Part shown: in pieces, positions 53,538 through 62,039 of the stretch
Layout of the letters: each line of letters starts with the position of its first letter
How positions within the stretch are numbered: the stretch's first letter is position 1
Notes under the pieces: model-generated
Database searches by the model: none
The model's input: the letters and a program-made list of their open reading frames with translations, nothing else
What the model was told of the DNA's origin: nothing
NCBI GenBank assembly: GCA_963824865.1
Contig: CAWGQQ010000002.1
Location: 113,188 to 177,187, forward strand
Source of the DNA: an uncultured Actinomycetes bacterium
Lineage (GTDB): Bacteria; Actinomycetota; Thermoleophilia; Solirubrobacterales; 70-9
Direction: 5' to 3'
DNA length: 64,000 nt
Translations under genes and position numbers: made by a program

Positions 53538-55523
53538 GTGGCGATAGGACCAGGCAGGATCGTGCGTTTACTGATCGACGCCCGCCTCCAAGGACGGAGG
53601 CGAGGCCAGGCAGGGTGTCTACAGCAGGGCGGGGATGCAGTAACTGTGACTGTGGCAGGGAGAACGTACGCAAAGCGTGCCAGGGGGCCCGGCGGTGCCG
53701 AGGGCGCGCGCCGCATCGAGCAACTCGCCCGCGCTACGCGCGCCATCTCCGAGGCGCCCGACTCCGAGCACGCCATTGCCGCGCTGCTGGAACACGCCCA
53801 TGGCATGTTCGGCGCCCGCAGGGCCGAGCTCGTGCTGCTCTCGCACGAGCAGGCGACGAGCGCCCTTCGAGCGAGGTTGGAGCCCGGCCGTCCGATCGCT
53901 CGTCCGCGCGCCATCGATCCCTCGACCGATCCCGTGTGGAATGCGGTTGCAGGCCTCCGCCAAGGCGTGCACCTGCCCGCGGCGGCGAGCGTCAAGGCGC
54001 AGGAGGGGCTGCGCGCGGAGGGGATCCAGGAGGCGATCGCCGCTCCAATCGTTCAGGCCGGCAGCTTCAAGGGCGCGGTGCTCGTCGCCAATCCCGTCAA
54101 CGAGCTGAAGGGCTTCTCGAGCGACGACGTAGCGCTGGTCCAGCTTCTGGCCGCCCACGCGGGCGCGGCGCTCGAGGTCGACCGGCTCAGCGAGTCGTTC
54201 ACGGAGCTTCGACGCCTCGAACGTGAGCTCAGGCACCACGCCCTGCACGACGATCTGACGGGTCTCGCCAACCGCGTTCTGTTCATCGAGCGTCTCAAGC
54301 ACGCGTTGACCCGGCGCTCGCAGGCGCCGCTGGCGGTTCTGTTCATCGACCTCGACGACTTCAAGTCGGTGAACGACACGCACGGTCACGCCGCCGGCGA
54401 CCAGCTATTGGTACGGGTGGCGAATCGGCTGGAGCGGTGCATGCGCCCGCACGACACGGCGGCGCGGCTCGGCGGGGACGAGTTCGGAGTCCTGCTCGAG
54501 GAGATCGCCGGTGAGGGCGAGGCCGAGCAGATCGCCGAGCGCATCGCCTGCGCCCTGCGCGACGAGCGCGCGAACGGCCGCGGCGGCACCCGGATCAGCG
54601 TCGGGATCGCGATGGCGCGGCCCGGGAATGCGGACTCGGAGGAGTTGCTGCGCAACGCCGACCTCGCGATGTACGCGGCGAAGGACGGGGGCAAGAATCG
54701 CAAGGCGCTCTTCCGGCTCACGATGTACGAGCAGGCGGCCCTTCGGTACAACCTCGGCGCCGAGCTGCCGGCGGCCATCCGCAATCATCAGCTCGTTGTG
54801 CATTACCAGCCCATCCGGGCGCTCGATGGCCGCCGGATAGCGGGCCATGAGGCACTTGTTCGCTGGCGCCATCCCGTTCGTGGTCAGCTGCCGCCGACGG
54901 ACTTCCTCCCGGTGGCCGAGGTGGCCGGCGTGATGCCCGAGGTGTTTCGCTGGACCCTTGGCCGGGCGCTTGCGGATTGTTCTGGGCAGAGCCTGCCCAA
55001 CGAAGGCTTCATGTGCGTGAACGTCTCGCCGAGCCAGCTCGAGCATCGAGACTTCCTCGCAGACCTCGAAAGGGCGCTGGCCGACTCAGAGGTGCCGGCG
55101 GATCGCCTGATCCTGGATCTCGTCGAGACCGAGCTGATGGACGGGCTGATCCTTGCGACGACCCGACTCGAGGCCGTCCGCCGCCTGGGTGTGCGAGTGG
55201 CTATCGACGACTTCGGTACCGGACATTCCTCCCTCGAGCATCTGGTGCGACTGCCGGTGGACATCATCAAGATCCCGCGTTCGCTGACCACGGACACCGC
55301 GCGCAACCGGCGCGCGACCGCGCTCCTGGACGCCGTCCGTTCGATGGCAGACGAGCTCGACCTGACGGTGGTGGCGGAGGGCCTCGAGGAAGAGGACCAG
55401 CTGCAGACGCTGACCGAGATCGGGATCCCGTACGGGCAGGGCTTCCTGCTCGGTCGTCCCGCGCCGCTCGGGTTCGCAACTGACCGCGCTCTGGCGGGTT
55501 ACGACGTCCAGGAGCCGAAATGA
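53538..55523 (+). CDS. GAF-GGDEF-EAL c-di-GMP turnover protein
   Basis: GAF-like N-terminus; ..HDDLTGLANR..FIDLDDFKSVNDTHGHAAGD..RLGGDEFGVLL..; ..YQPI..GHEALVRW..VNVS..DDFGTGHSSL..DIIKI..AEGLEEEDQL..GQGFLLGRP. Start uncertain. Confidence 0.9.
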   Translation: MAIGPGRIVRLLIDARLQGRRRGQAGCLQQGGDAVTVTVAGRTYAKRARGPGGAEGARRIEQLARATRAISEAPDSEHAIAALLEHAHGMFGARRAELVLLSHEQATSALRARLEPGRPIARPRAIDPSTDPVWNAVAGLRQGVHLPAAASVKAQEGLRAEGIQEAIAAPIVQAGSFKGAVLVANPVNELKGFSSDDVALVQLLAAHAGAALEVDRLSESFTELRRLERELRHHALHDDLTGLANRVLFIERLKHALTRRSQAPLAVLFIDLDDFKSVNDTHGHAAGDQLLVRVANRLERCMRPHDTAARLGGDEFGVLLEEIAGEGEAEQIAERIACALRDERANGRGGTRISVGIAMARPGNADSEELLRNADLAMYAAKDGGKNRKALFRLTMYEQAALRYNLGAELPAAIRNHQLVVHYQPIRALDGRRIAGHEALVRWRHPVRGQLPPTDFLPVAEVAGVMPEVFRWTLGRALADCSGQSLPNEGFMCVNVSPSQLEHRDFLADLERALADSEVPADRLILDLVETELMDGLILATTRLEAVRRLGVRVAIDDFGTGHSSLEHLVRLPVDIIKIPRSLTTDTARNRRATALLDAVRSMADELDLTVVAEGLEEEDQLQTLTEIGIPYGQGFLLGRPAPLGFATDRALAGYDVQEPK

Positions 55524-57061
55524 GGCCGATCTTGGAGCCCACATTGGACACGCGTACGGAGCAGCCTCGCCCCCGGCAGCTTGGCGTCCTCAACGCGCGC
55601 CGTGTGCTGGACCTGGTCGCGCTCGGGATCGTGCCCTCCGCAGCCGCTGGCCTGCTCGCCTTCGCTCACACCAACCGTCCCTATTGGGGGGGAGTGGTGG
55701 CGATCTGCATCCTGGTCGCAAACCAGCTGGTCAGCAGGACGAGGTACCCGCTCCACCTGATGCCGGTCGCGAGGCTCGCCATGTGCGGCCTGACCCCGTT
55801 CCTGGGGGCGCTCCTGGCGTGGGCCGCCGCTCTCTCCACGGGGATGGGCTCCTTGGGCGACTCACTGATCCCCGCGGTGGCCGGCGCGGTGCCGCTCGCG
55901 GCCCTCGGCTGCTGGGTCAGGGACCTTTTCGACAGGAACGTTGTGGCGCGGATCGCGGTGATCGGCGACCCGGAGGTTGCGGAAGGGCTCAGCAGGGAGA
56001 TCGCCGCGGCAGGGATTCGCGGCTACCGGGTCCTGGGCTGGATCTCCGTCGGTGGCCTACCTCTCGCCGATCCCGCCCCAGGGGTTCCCCACCTCGGCTC
56101 GATCGACGGCCTGCGCCGGATCGTCCCCGCTCACCAGATCGAATTGCTCGTCCACGCGCAGGGCCCGGGCGGGGAGGTCTCTCGCCTCGACATCTTCGAA
56201 GGGGTCGGCGCAGCCTGCCTCGACCTCCCGGTGAGGTTGATCGAGGCAAGCCAGTTCTATGAGGAGCTCCTGGGCCACGTTCCCGTCGGCCAGATCAACG
56301 CCGCCTGGTTCCAGTACATCATGCACCCGCGCTACCGGAGTACCCCGACCATCTCAAAGCGGCTCTTCGACTTCGCGGTCGGCAGCGTCGCGCTGGTCGC
56401 GTTCGCGCCGCTGATCGCCCTTTTCGCGGTCGCCATCAAGCTCTCGGATGGTGGGCCGGTGTTCTACCGGCAGCGGCGGATCGGCGAGGGTGGCCGCGAT
56501 TTCGAGATGGTCAAGCTGCGCTCGATGCGCCCGGGGGCGCAGGCGGACGGCGCACAGTGGTCGAGCCGCGACGACGATCGCGTGCTGCCGGTCGGCCGGG
56601 TGATGCGCAAGCTCCACATCGACGAGCTTCCCCAGCTGTGGAACGTGCTGCGCGGCGAGATGACGCTGGTCGGCCCGCGGCCGGAGCAGCCGGAGCTCGT
56701 GGCGGAGCTCGAGCGTCGCTTTCCTCACTACGAGCGCCGCAGCCTGGTGAAGCCCGGCATCACGGGGTGGGCCCAGGTGCGCTGCGGCTACGCGGGAACG
56801 AAGGAAGGATCCGCCTGGAAGCTCTGTCACGACCTCTACTACTTGAAGCACCGCTCGCTGCTCGCGGATCTGATGATCATCTTGGAGACGGCGCGGGCGC
56901 TCGGGCAGCGAGCCCAATTCGACGTGGAGGCACCGAGCGAGCAGTTCATAGTCCGGAGTGAGCCGGGGCCGGCCGTCGCGATGACCGCCGCAACGCCGGC
57001 GACCGAGCAGCCCTTCCGTGGCGGCGGTGGCCGCGCCGCGATCGACGTGCTGCGCCCGTAG
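55520..57061 (+). CDS. polyprenyl-phosphate glycosyl-1-phosphate transferase (second WbaP/Bac_transf paralog)
   Basis: ..GGPVFYRQRRIGEGGRDFEMVKLRSM..IDELPQLWNVLRGEMTLVGPRPEQP..KPGITGWAQ... Same overall architecture as 42998..44458. ATGA overlap with the GGDEF-EAL gene. Confidence 0.9.
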   Translation: MRPILEPTLDTRTEQPRPRQLGVLNARRVLDLVALGIVPSAAAGLLAFAHTNRPYWGGVVAICILVANQLVSRTRYPLHLMPVARLAMCGLTPFLGALLAWAAALSTGMGSLGDSLIPAVAGAVPLAALGCWVRDLFDRNVVARIAVIGDPEVAEGLSREIAAAGIRGYRVLGWISVGGLPLADPAPGVPHLGSIDGLRRIVPAHQIELLVHAQGPGGEVSRLDIFEGVGAACLDLPVRLIEASQFYEELLGHVPVGQINAAWFQYIMHPRYRSTPTISKRLFDFAVGSVALVAFAPLIALFAVAIKLSDGGPVFYRQRRIGEGGRDFEMVKLRSMRPGAQADGAQWSSRDDDRVLPVGRVMRKLHIDELPQLWNVLRGEMTLVGPRPEQPELVAELERRFPHYERRSLVKPGITGWAQVRCGYAGTKEGSAWKLCHDLYYLKHRSLLADLMIILETARALGQRAQFDVEAPSEQFIVRSEPGPAVAMTAATPATEQPFRGGGGRAAIDVLRP

Positions 57062-57075
57062 TCTCACGGGCCTAG

Positions 57076-58455
57076 ATGCCTCGCCTTCGCTTCGCCCCCT
57101 CGCCGACGGGGGCGCTCCACATCGGCGGTGCCCGAACGGCCCTCTACAACTGGCTGCTCGCCCGGCACTTGGACGGCACGCTTGTGCTGCGGATCGAGGA
57201 CACCGACCGCGAGCGCTCCGTGCCCGAGAACGTCGAGCAGATCCTGGATGCTTTGCGGTGGCTGGAGCTCGACTGGGATGAGGGCCCGATGAGCCAGTTC
57301 GAACGCCGCCAGCGCCACAGCGAGCGGGTGGAGGAGCTGCTTGCAGGCGGCCACGCCTATCCCGACCCGGCCGTCGCGGAGGACGTTCGCTCCTGGAAGC
57401 AGGCCCACGGGGGCGCCGGCTACCGGGGCGAGCCCCGGGACGAGCCTGGCGCAGCGATCCGCCTGCGCGTCCCGGACGAGGGGGTGACCGTGGTCGAGGA
57501 CCTGATCCGCGGGCCGGTGCGGTTCGAGAACCGGACCCAGGACGACTTCGTGATCGCGCGGGGTGACGGCACCCCGCTGTACAACCTCGCGGTCGCAGTG
57601 GACGATGCCGACATGGGGATCACCGACGTCGTTCGTGGCGACGACCACCTGTCGAACACGCCGAAGCAGTTGCTGGTCCTGGGTGCCCTCGACGCCGTCG
57701 CGCCGCGGTATGCGCATCTGCCGCTCCTGCACGGGCCCGACGGGCGCAAGCTGTCGAAGCGTCATGGCGCCGCCTCGGTGCAGGAGTTGCGCGAGGGCGG
57801 CTACCTGCCGGTCGCGGTCCGCAACTATCTCGCTCTGCTCGGTTGGGGCACCGAGGACGACGCGACGATTCTCAGCACCGACGAGCTGATCGAGCGCTTC
57901 TCGATCGACCGCGTGGGACGCTCCTCGGCGATCTTCGACGAGCGCAAGCTGCGCTGGCTCAACGGGCGCTTCATGCGCGAGCTGCCGCTCGACTCCTACG
58001 AGCAGCGACTGGGCGCTCATCTGCGACTCCAGGGCGAGCCGGGCGCGGAGGCGTTCGATGCCGCGGAACCCGAGCAGCGGAGGACCGCATGCGAGATCGT
58101 CCAAGACAAGGCGCAGACGCTCGACGAGGCGTGGCCCTTGATCCGGTTCCTCTTCGCGGGGCCGCTCGACGACGCGGATGCCTGGGAGCGGGTGATGACC
58201 CCCGAGGCACGCTCCGTGCTTACACAGGCCCTCGAGGCCCTGCGCTCCGTGGACGGCTTCGACCCGGCCTCGATCGAGGCGGCGCTGAGCCCGATCGTCG
58301 AGCGCTCAGGCCGCAGCGCGAAGGCCGTTTATCAGCCGATCCGGGTTGCGATCACCGGCACCACCGTCTCGCCGGGCATCTTCGACTCGCTCGCCGCGCT
58401 GGGACGCGAAGGGTCCCTGGCCAGAATCGAGAAGGCGCTGAACAGGCTCGGGTGA
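57076..58455 (+). CDS. gltX: glutamyl-tRNA synthetase
   Basis: MPRLRFAPSPTGALHIGGARTALYNWL.. (HIGH), ..KLSKRHG.. (KMSKS). Confidence 0.95.
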   Translation: MPRLRFAPSPTGALHIGGARTALYNWLLARHLDGTLVLRIEDTDRERSVPENVEQILDALRWLELDWDEGPMSQFERRQRHSERVEELLAGGHAYPDPAVAEDVRSWKQAHGGAGYRGEPRDEPGAAIRLRVPDEGVTVVEDLIRGPVRFENRTQDDFVIARGDGTPLYNLAVAVDDADMGITDVVRGDDHLSNTPKQLLVLGALDAVAPRYAHLPLLHGPDGRKLSKRHGAASVQELREGGYLPVAVRNYLALLGWGTEDDATILSTDELIERFSIDRVGRSSAIFDERKLRWLNGRFMRELPLDSYEQRLGAHLRLQGEPGAEAFDAAEPEQRRTACEIVQDKAQTLDEAWPLIRFLFAGPLDDADAWERVMTPEARSVLTQALEALRSVDGFDPASIEAALSPIVERSGRSAKAVYQPIRVAITGTTVSPGIFDSLAALGREGSLARIEKALNRLG

Positions 58456-58560
58456 GCCCGAACTGGGGGCCACCCCCATGGCGGGTCAGGGCGCGGTCTC
58501 GGCGCCAGGGCTAAACAAGCGCCTCCGCCTTGCCGATCATGAAAGCGGGTAGCGACACGC

Positions 58561-59757
58561 ATGCCTCCGGTAGCCACCAAGCAGCGACGTCAGCGGGCGT
58601 CGCAGAAGCGCGCGCCAGCGTCGCGGAAGGGTGCCACGAGCGCATCCCGGAATCGCCCGCCGTCCCAAACGCAAGCCAAGCCACGAAACACGAAGCCAAG
58701 GAAAGGGAATGGTGGGATGCCCAAGCCGGCGACGACAAGAGAGCGCGATGGGGGACAGGGCGGCCGCCGTCTTGCCGCGGCGTTCGACTCCGCCTCGCGC
58801 CTGCCGGCGCTGGCCGAGTCGCGCCGGCGCCTCCTTCGCGCCTCGGAGCACGAGGTCTCGTCGAGGGGAGAGCTGGCCCAGGCGATCGAGTCTGACGTCG
58901 CTTTGACGATTGCCGTCATGCGCGCGGCCGGCGGCGCCCACGCCAATGGCAGAACCGGCGGCGTGGAACAGGCGATCGAGGCGCTCAGCCCACCTGGCGT
59001 GCGAGAAGTCGTCGCATCAATCGAAACCTACGACCCGCTTGATTCGCCAAATGCTCGAGCAGAGCGATACGAGCGCTTCCGGCGTCACGCGGTGGCCACC
59101 CGCCTTGCCGCCGACCGGATCGGAGAGCTGGCGCGCCTTCCGGAGCGAGACGAGCTGGCGGTTGCGGCGCTTCTTCACGACGTGGGACGCCTCGTCCTGT
59201 CCGAGATGTACGACCAGTTCGAGAAGCTCGACGACCGGCGGATGGCGCCCGAGGCGCGGGTGCGGTGCGAGCGTCGCGAGCTCGGGATCGACCATGCGCT
59301 GGTCGGCGCGGTCCTTGTCCGGCGCTGGGGCCTTCCCCAGGGCGTCGCGGCGGCAGTCGAGCGGCATCACGCGCCGCGCGCGAGCGGACACGCGGCGGCC
59401 ATCCGGCTCGCCGACCTGATCGTCCACCACGCTCACGGCGAGGCCGCCCCCGTCGACGCGATCGTCGATGCGGCCTCGAGGCTCGGGCTGGAGCGCGAGC
59501 AACTGGGGGCGCTCGTCTACGAGTTTCCGTATGCGGGCACCGAGCGCCGACGCAGCTCGGACCCCTGCCCGCTGTCGACCCGCGAGATCGACGCGCTGCG
59601 CGGACTCGCGGAGGGCAAGGTCTACAAGCAGATTGCCTCCGAGCTGTCGCTTTCGGTGAGCACGATTCGCACCCACCTGCACAACGTCTACCGCAAGATC
59701 GATGCGGTCGATCGTGCCCAAGCGGTCCTGATCGCACGCGACCGCGGCTGGATCTAG
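58561..59757 (+). CDS. HDOD-like domain fused to a C-terminal LuxR/GerE HTH, with a basic low-complexity N-terminal tail
   Basis: ..IESDVALTIAVMRAA.., ..HAVATRLAADRI..ELAVAALLHDVGRLVL.., ..HALVGAVLVRRWGLPQGVAAAVERHH.. (HDOD-like). Then ..LSTREIDALRGLAEGKVYKQIASELSLSVSTIRTHLHNVYRKI... The start may instead be ATG 58717. Confidence 0.62.
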   Translation: MPPVATKQRRQRASQKRAPASRKGATSASRNRPPSQTQAKPRNTKPRKGNGGMPKPATTRERDGGQGGRRLAAAFDSASRLPALAESRRRLLRASEHEVSSRGELAQAIESDVALTIAVMRAAGGAHANGRTGGVEQAIEALSPPGVREVVASIETYDPLDSPNARAERYERFRRHAVATRLAADRIGELARLPERDELAVAALLHDVGRLVLSEMYDQFEKLDDRRMAPEARVRCERRELGIDHALVGAVLVRRWGLPQGVAAAVERHHAPRASGHAAAIRLADLIVHHAHGEAAPVDAIVDAASRLGLEREQLGALVYEFPYAGTERRRSSDPCPLSTREIDALRGLAEGKVYKQIASELSLSVSTIRTHLHNVYRKIDAVDRAQAVLIARDRGWI

Positions 59758-59762
59758 CAGGA

Positions 59763-59869
59763 ATAACTCCGGCGGCAGCCTCGCCTTCGGCTGCGTATGC
59801 CTGCCGGGTTAGGGCGCGGTGCCTGACCCGGCAGGTCCACACGCCGTACCGGGACTTCGTCCCTAGCCC
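59763..59869 (-). repeat. structured intergenic repeat, copy C (inverted orientation)
   Basis: Plus strand reads ATAACTCCGGCGGCAGCCTCGCCTTCGGCTGCG...CCTGACCCGGCAGGTCCACACGCCGTACCGGGACTTCGTCCCTAGCCC. Starts 5 nt after the upstream TAG, between convergent genes. Confidence 0.85.
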
Positions 59870-59897
59870 GGGCGATCCACCTTCAGCCGGGGCGCGT

Positions 59898-60522
59898 CTA
59901 CTCGATCAGTGAGGAGCGCAGGGCGATTGCCACCGCGTGGGCGCGATCTTGGGCGCCTAGCCGCGCCAGGATCGCCTTCGTGTGCGTGCGAACGGTCTCC
60001 GCGCTCAGGCCGAGGCGCTTGGCGACCCGCGCGGTCGATTGGCCGTCGGCGTAGAGCTGAATGATCTGGCGCTGGCGGCGCGTGAGCCCAGACCCGCGCC
60101 CGGGGCGGCCGGCCGCCGGGTCGACGAAGCTGCTCGGCCTCCACGGCGGCGTCCACGGCTCGGTGCAGCTCCTCGACCGACGAGCTCTTGACGACATAGG
60201 CGGTGGCGCCGGCCTTGATCGCCTCGGTGGCGGCGTGATGCTGGGCCTCGGGCCCGTGAGCGACGATCCCCAGGCCTGGCTGCGCCTTGCGAAGAGCGCG
60301 GATCGCCGCCATTCCCGAGAGATCCTCGCCTCGCTCCCGCCCGTTCGCGCGGCCCAGATCGACGATCGCGACGTCGAAGTCGCCGATCGAGGTGAGCAGC
60401 TCGAGGGCGCTGTCCCCGTTCTCGGCCTCCTCGACCTCATACCGGCGCCCGAGAGCCTCGCGCACCCCTAGGCGCACGGTGGGCTGGGCGTCTATGACCA
60501 TGCAGCGTCGGTCCTCGCTCAC
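59898..60522 (-). CDS. NarL/FixJ-type response regulator (REC + LuxR HTH), one apparent frameshift near 60120-60135
   Basis: REC: ..MVIDAQPTVRLGV..FDVAIVDL..VKSSSVEEL.. (ORF 59863..60522). HTH: ..LTRRQRQIIQLYADGQSTARVAKRLGLSAETVRTHTKAILARLG.. (ORF 59898..60440). GAGGA RBS before the GTG start. Confidence 0.8.
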
Positions 60523-60703
60523 AAATCCTCACTCCGACCGCGACTCCGCGGCCAAGCCACGGTCACCCGGCCCCCGAGAGCACAACTCCGGCCATCCGCG
60601 CCGGTGTTCCCATCCTAGCGACGGCCAAACGGATCGGCCCCCTGCCGAGCGGAAACAGCGACCTTTTCTTCGACGCCGCCGATTCCGATACAAAGGCCCT
60701 CGG

Positions 60704-61102
60704 ATGATCTCCGTGACCTCGAAGTCCCGCTACGCGGTGGTCGCTCTCGCCGAGCTGGCGCGCTCGGGAGAGCGGCCGGTCCCGATCGCGCAGATCGCCG
60801 AGCGGCGCGACATGCCGGTGCAGTTCCTCGAGCAGCTGTTCACGACCCTGCGTCGCGATGGGCTGCTGCAGAGCCACCGCGGCGTCAAGGGCGGCTACAC
60901 GCTCGCGCGACCCGCCCAGGAGATCAACGTGCTCGAGGTCGTGCAGTCGCTCGACGGCAGGGTGGGGCAGGAGGGCAAGGAGGCCGGCGGCATCTGGGAG
61001 CAGGGCGTCGAGGCGCTCCGCGACGTCTTCCGAGGCACCACGATCGCCGACATCGCCCGCCGCGAGGCCGAGGAGGCCGGGGCGGGGATGTACCACATCT
61101 AG
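60704..61102 (+). CDS. Rrf2-family transcriptional regulator (CymR/IscR-like)
   Basis: MISVTSKSRYAVVALAELAR..PVPIAQIAERRDMPVQFLEQLFTTLRRDGLLQSHRGVKGGYTLARP... Confidence 0.85.
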   Translation: MISVTSKSRYAVVALAELARSGERPVPIAQIAERRDMPVQFLEQLFTTLRRDGLLQSHRGVKGGYTLARPAQEINVLEVVQSLDGRVGQEGKEAGGIWEQGVEALRDVFRGTTIADIARREAEEAGAGMYHI

Positions 61103-61161
61103 CTCGACAGCTGGGTCTATGGCCGGTTAGGGACGCTCCTGGGAGGCGCCCGGCGCTACCG

Positions 61162-61913
61162 CTACGATCCCGGCGCCAGCCAGGTCATCGAGAACTCGGG
61201 GCTGTACTCGGAATGCTCCCAATGGTCTTGGAGCTGCCGCTGAGCTGTGACACGAGCACCTCGATGTAGTCGCCCGCGACGAGCCTCGCCATGGTGCTGA
61301 CCGTGTTGGCGTCGTTGCCGGCATCTTCCTCCCACGCCAAAAGTACGCTTCCGTTCTTCCTCAGCTGTACGGTGCTCGCCCCGCCGTGAACTGGGCCCCC
61401 GACCACCGGACGTCGGCGCTCACCTCGTAGATGCCCGTCACCGGGCGCCGTCAGCCGGGAGGTGTTGGACGAGTTCGAGTGCATGCTCGCCGTGTCGTAG
61501 CGCTCGGAGTTGAAGGCGAGAACTCCGAGGGTGCCGTTTGGGATCACCTGGCCGCTGGTGTTCGTCACCCGCGCGGCCGGGATGCGAGGTCGCATGCTCG
61601 CTGCGTGCCGACCGCGTTCGCGCCGATGTCCGACGCTGGTGAGGGTGTCGGTCGCGATGTCGGAGCCGAGCAGGCCGCTGGTGGCGACGTCGGAGCCGGT
61701 CAAGGTGCTGTTCGCGACCCTGTCGGCTGGTGACCGCACTCGGTCCCAGATCGGCGTTTTGGACCTGGCCGTCCTGGATGTCGCCCGGTGCTGATCGTGT
61801 TGGCGCCGCCGCGGATGGGTGGCGTAGGCGGTGCCGCCCATCGCGAAGCAAAACGAGCGCGATCGTAGCCGACGACGTTTGAGCGCGAGGTGCTGGCGGA
61901 TCGCTCGGGACAT
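61162..61913 (-). pseudogene. secreted repeat protein with C1q/TNF-like jelly-roll C-terminus, needs several frame changes
   Basis: Pieces in three frames. MSRAIRQHL / SNVVGY / AMGGTAYATHP / RGGANTISTG / DIQDGQVQNADLGPSAVTS / DRVANSTLTGSDVATSGLLGSDIATDTLTS. Then ..ARVTNTSGQVIPNGTLGVLAFNSERYDTASMH..RLTAPGDG.., ..VQLRKNGSVLLA..ARLVAGDYIEVLVSQLSG.., and in another frame ..HSEYSPEFSMTWLAPGS stop (61162-61164). Confidence 0.4.
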
Positions 61914-62039
61914 GGCAGGCCCTCCCACAAGGTTCGAGGAGCGGGCACGGGCTGTGTCCGCTGTCACGAGGACGCTACACCCGAGCGGCGCCTGCCGTCA
62001 ATCCGTGTGTTGACGCCGGTACGTATCTCGGCTCCCACC

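Noticed and set aside
58456-58560. Possible fifth, degenerate copy of the structured repeat after gltX. It contains GGGTCAGG and TCGGCGCC blocks, plus a GGGGG-CCA-CCCCC hairpin right after the stop.
   Set aside because: Only two ~8-nt blocks match, with an insertion between them, and the terminal ATAACTCC and CTAGCCC ends are missing. This cannot be told apart from chance similarity in GC-rich DNA without a profile search.
61103-61161. Partial resemblance to the repeat head (TTAGGGACGC..., and GCGCTACCGC as the reverse of GCGGTAGCGC) between the Rrf2 gene and the C1q-like gene.
   Set aside because: The matches are short and in inconsistent orientation, and there is no CCTGCCGGGTCAGG core. 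Treated as coincidence.
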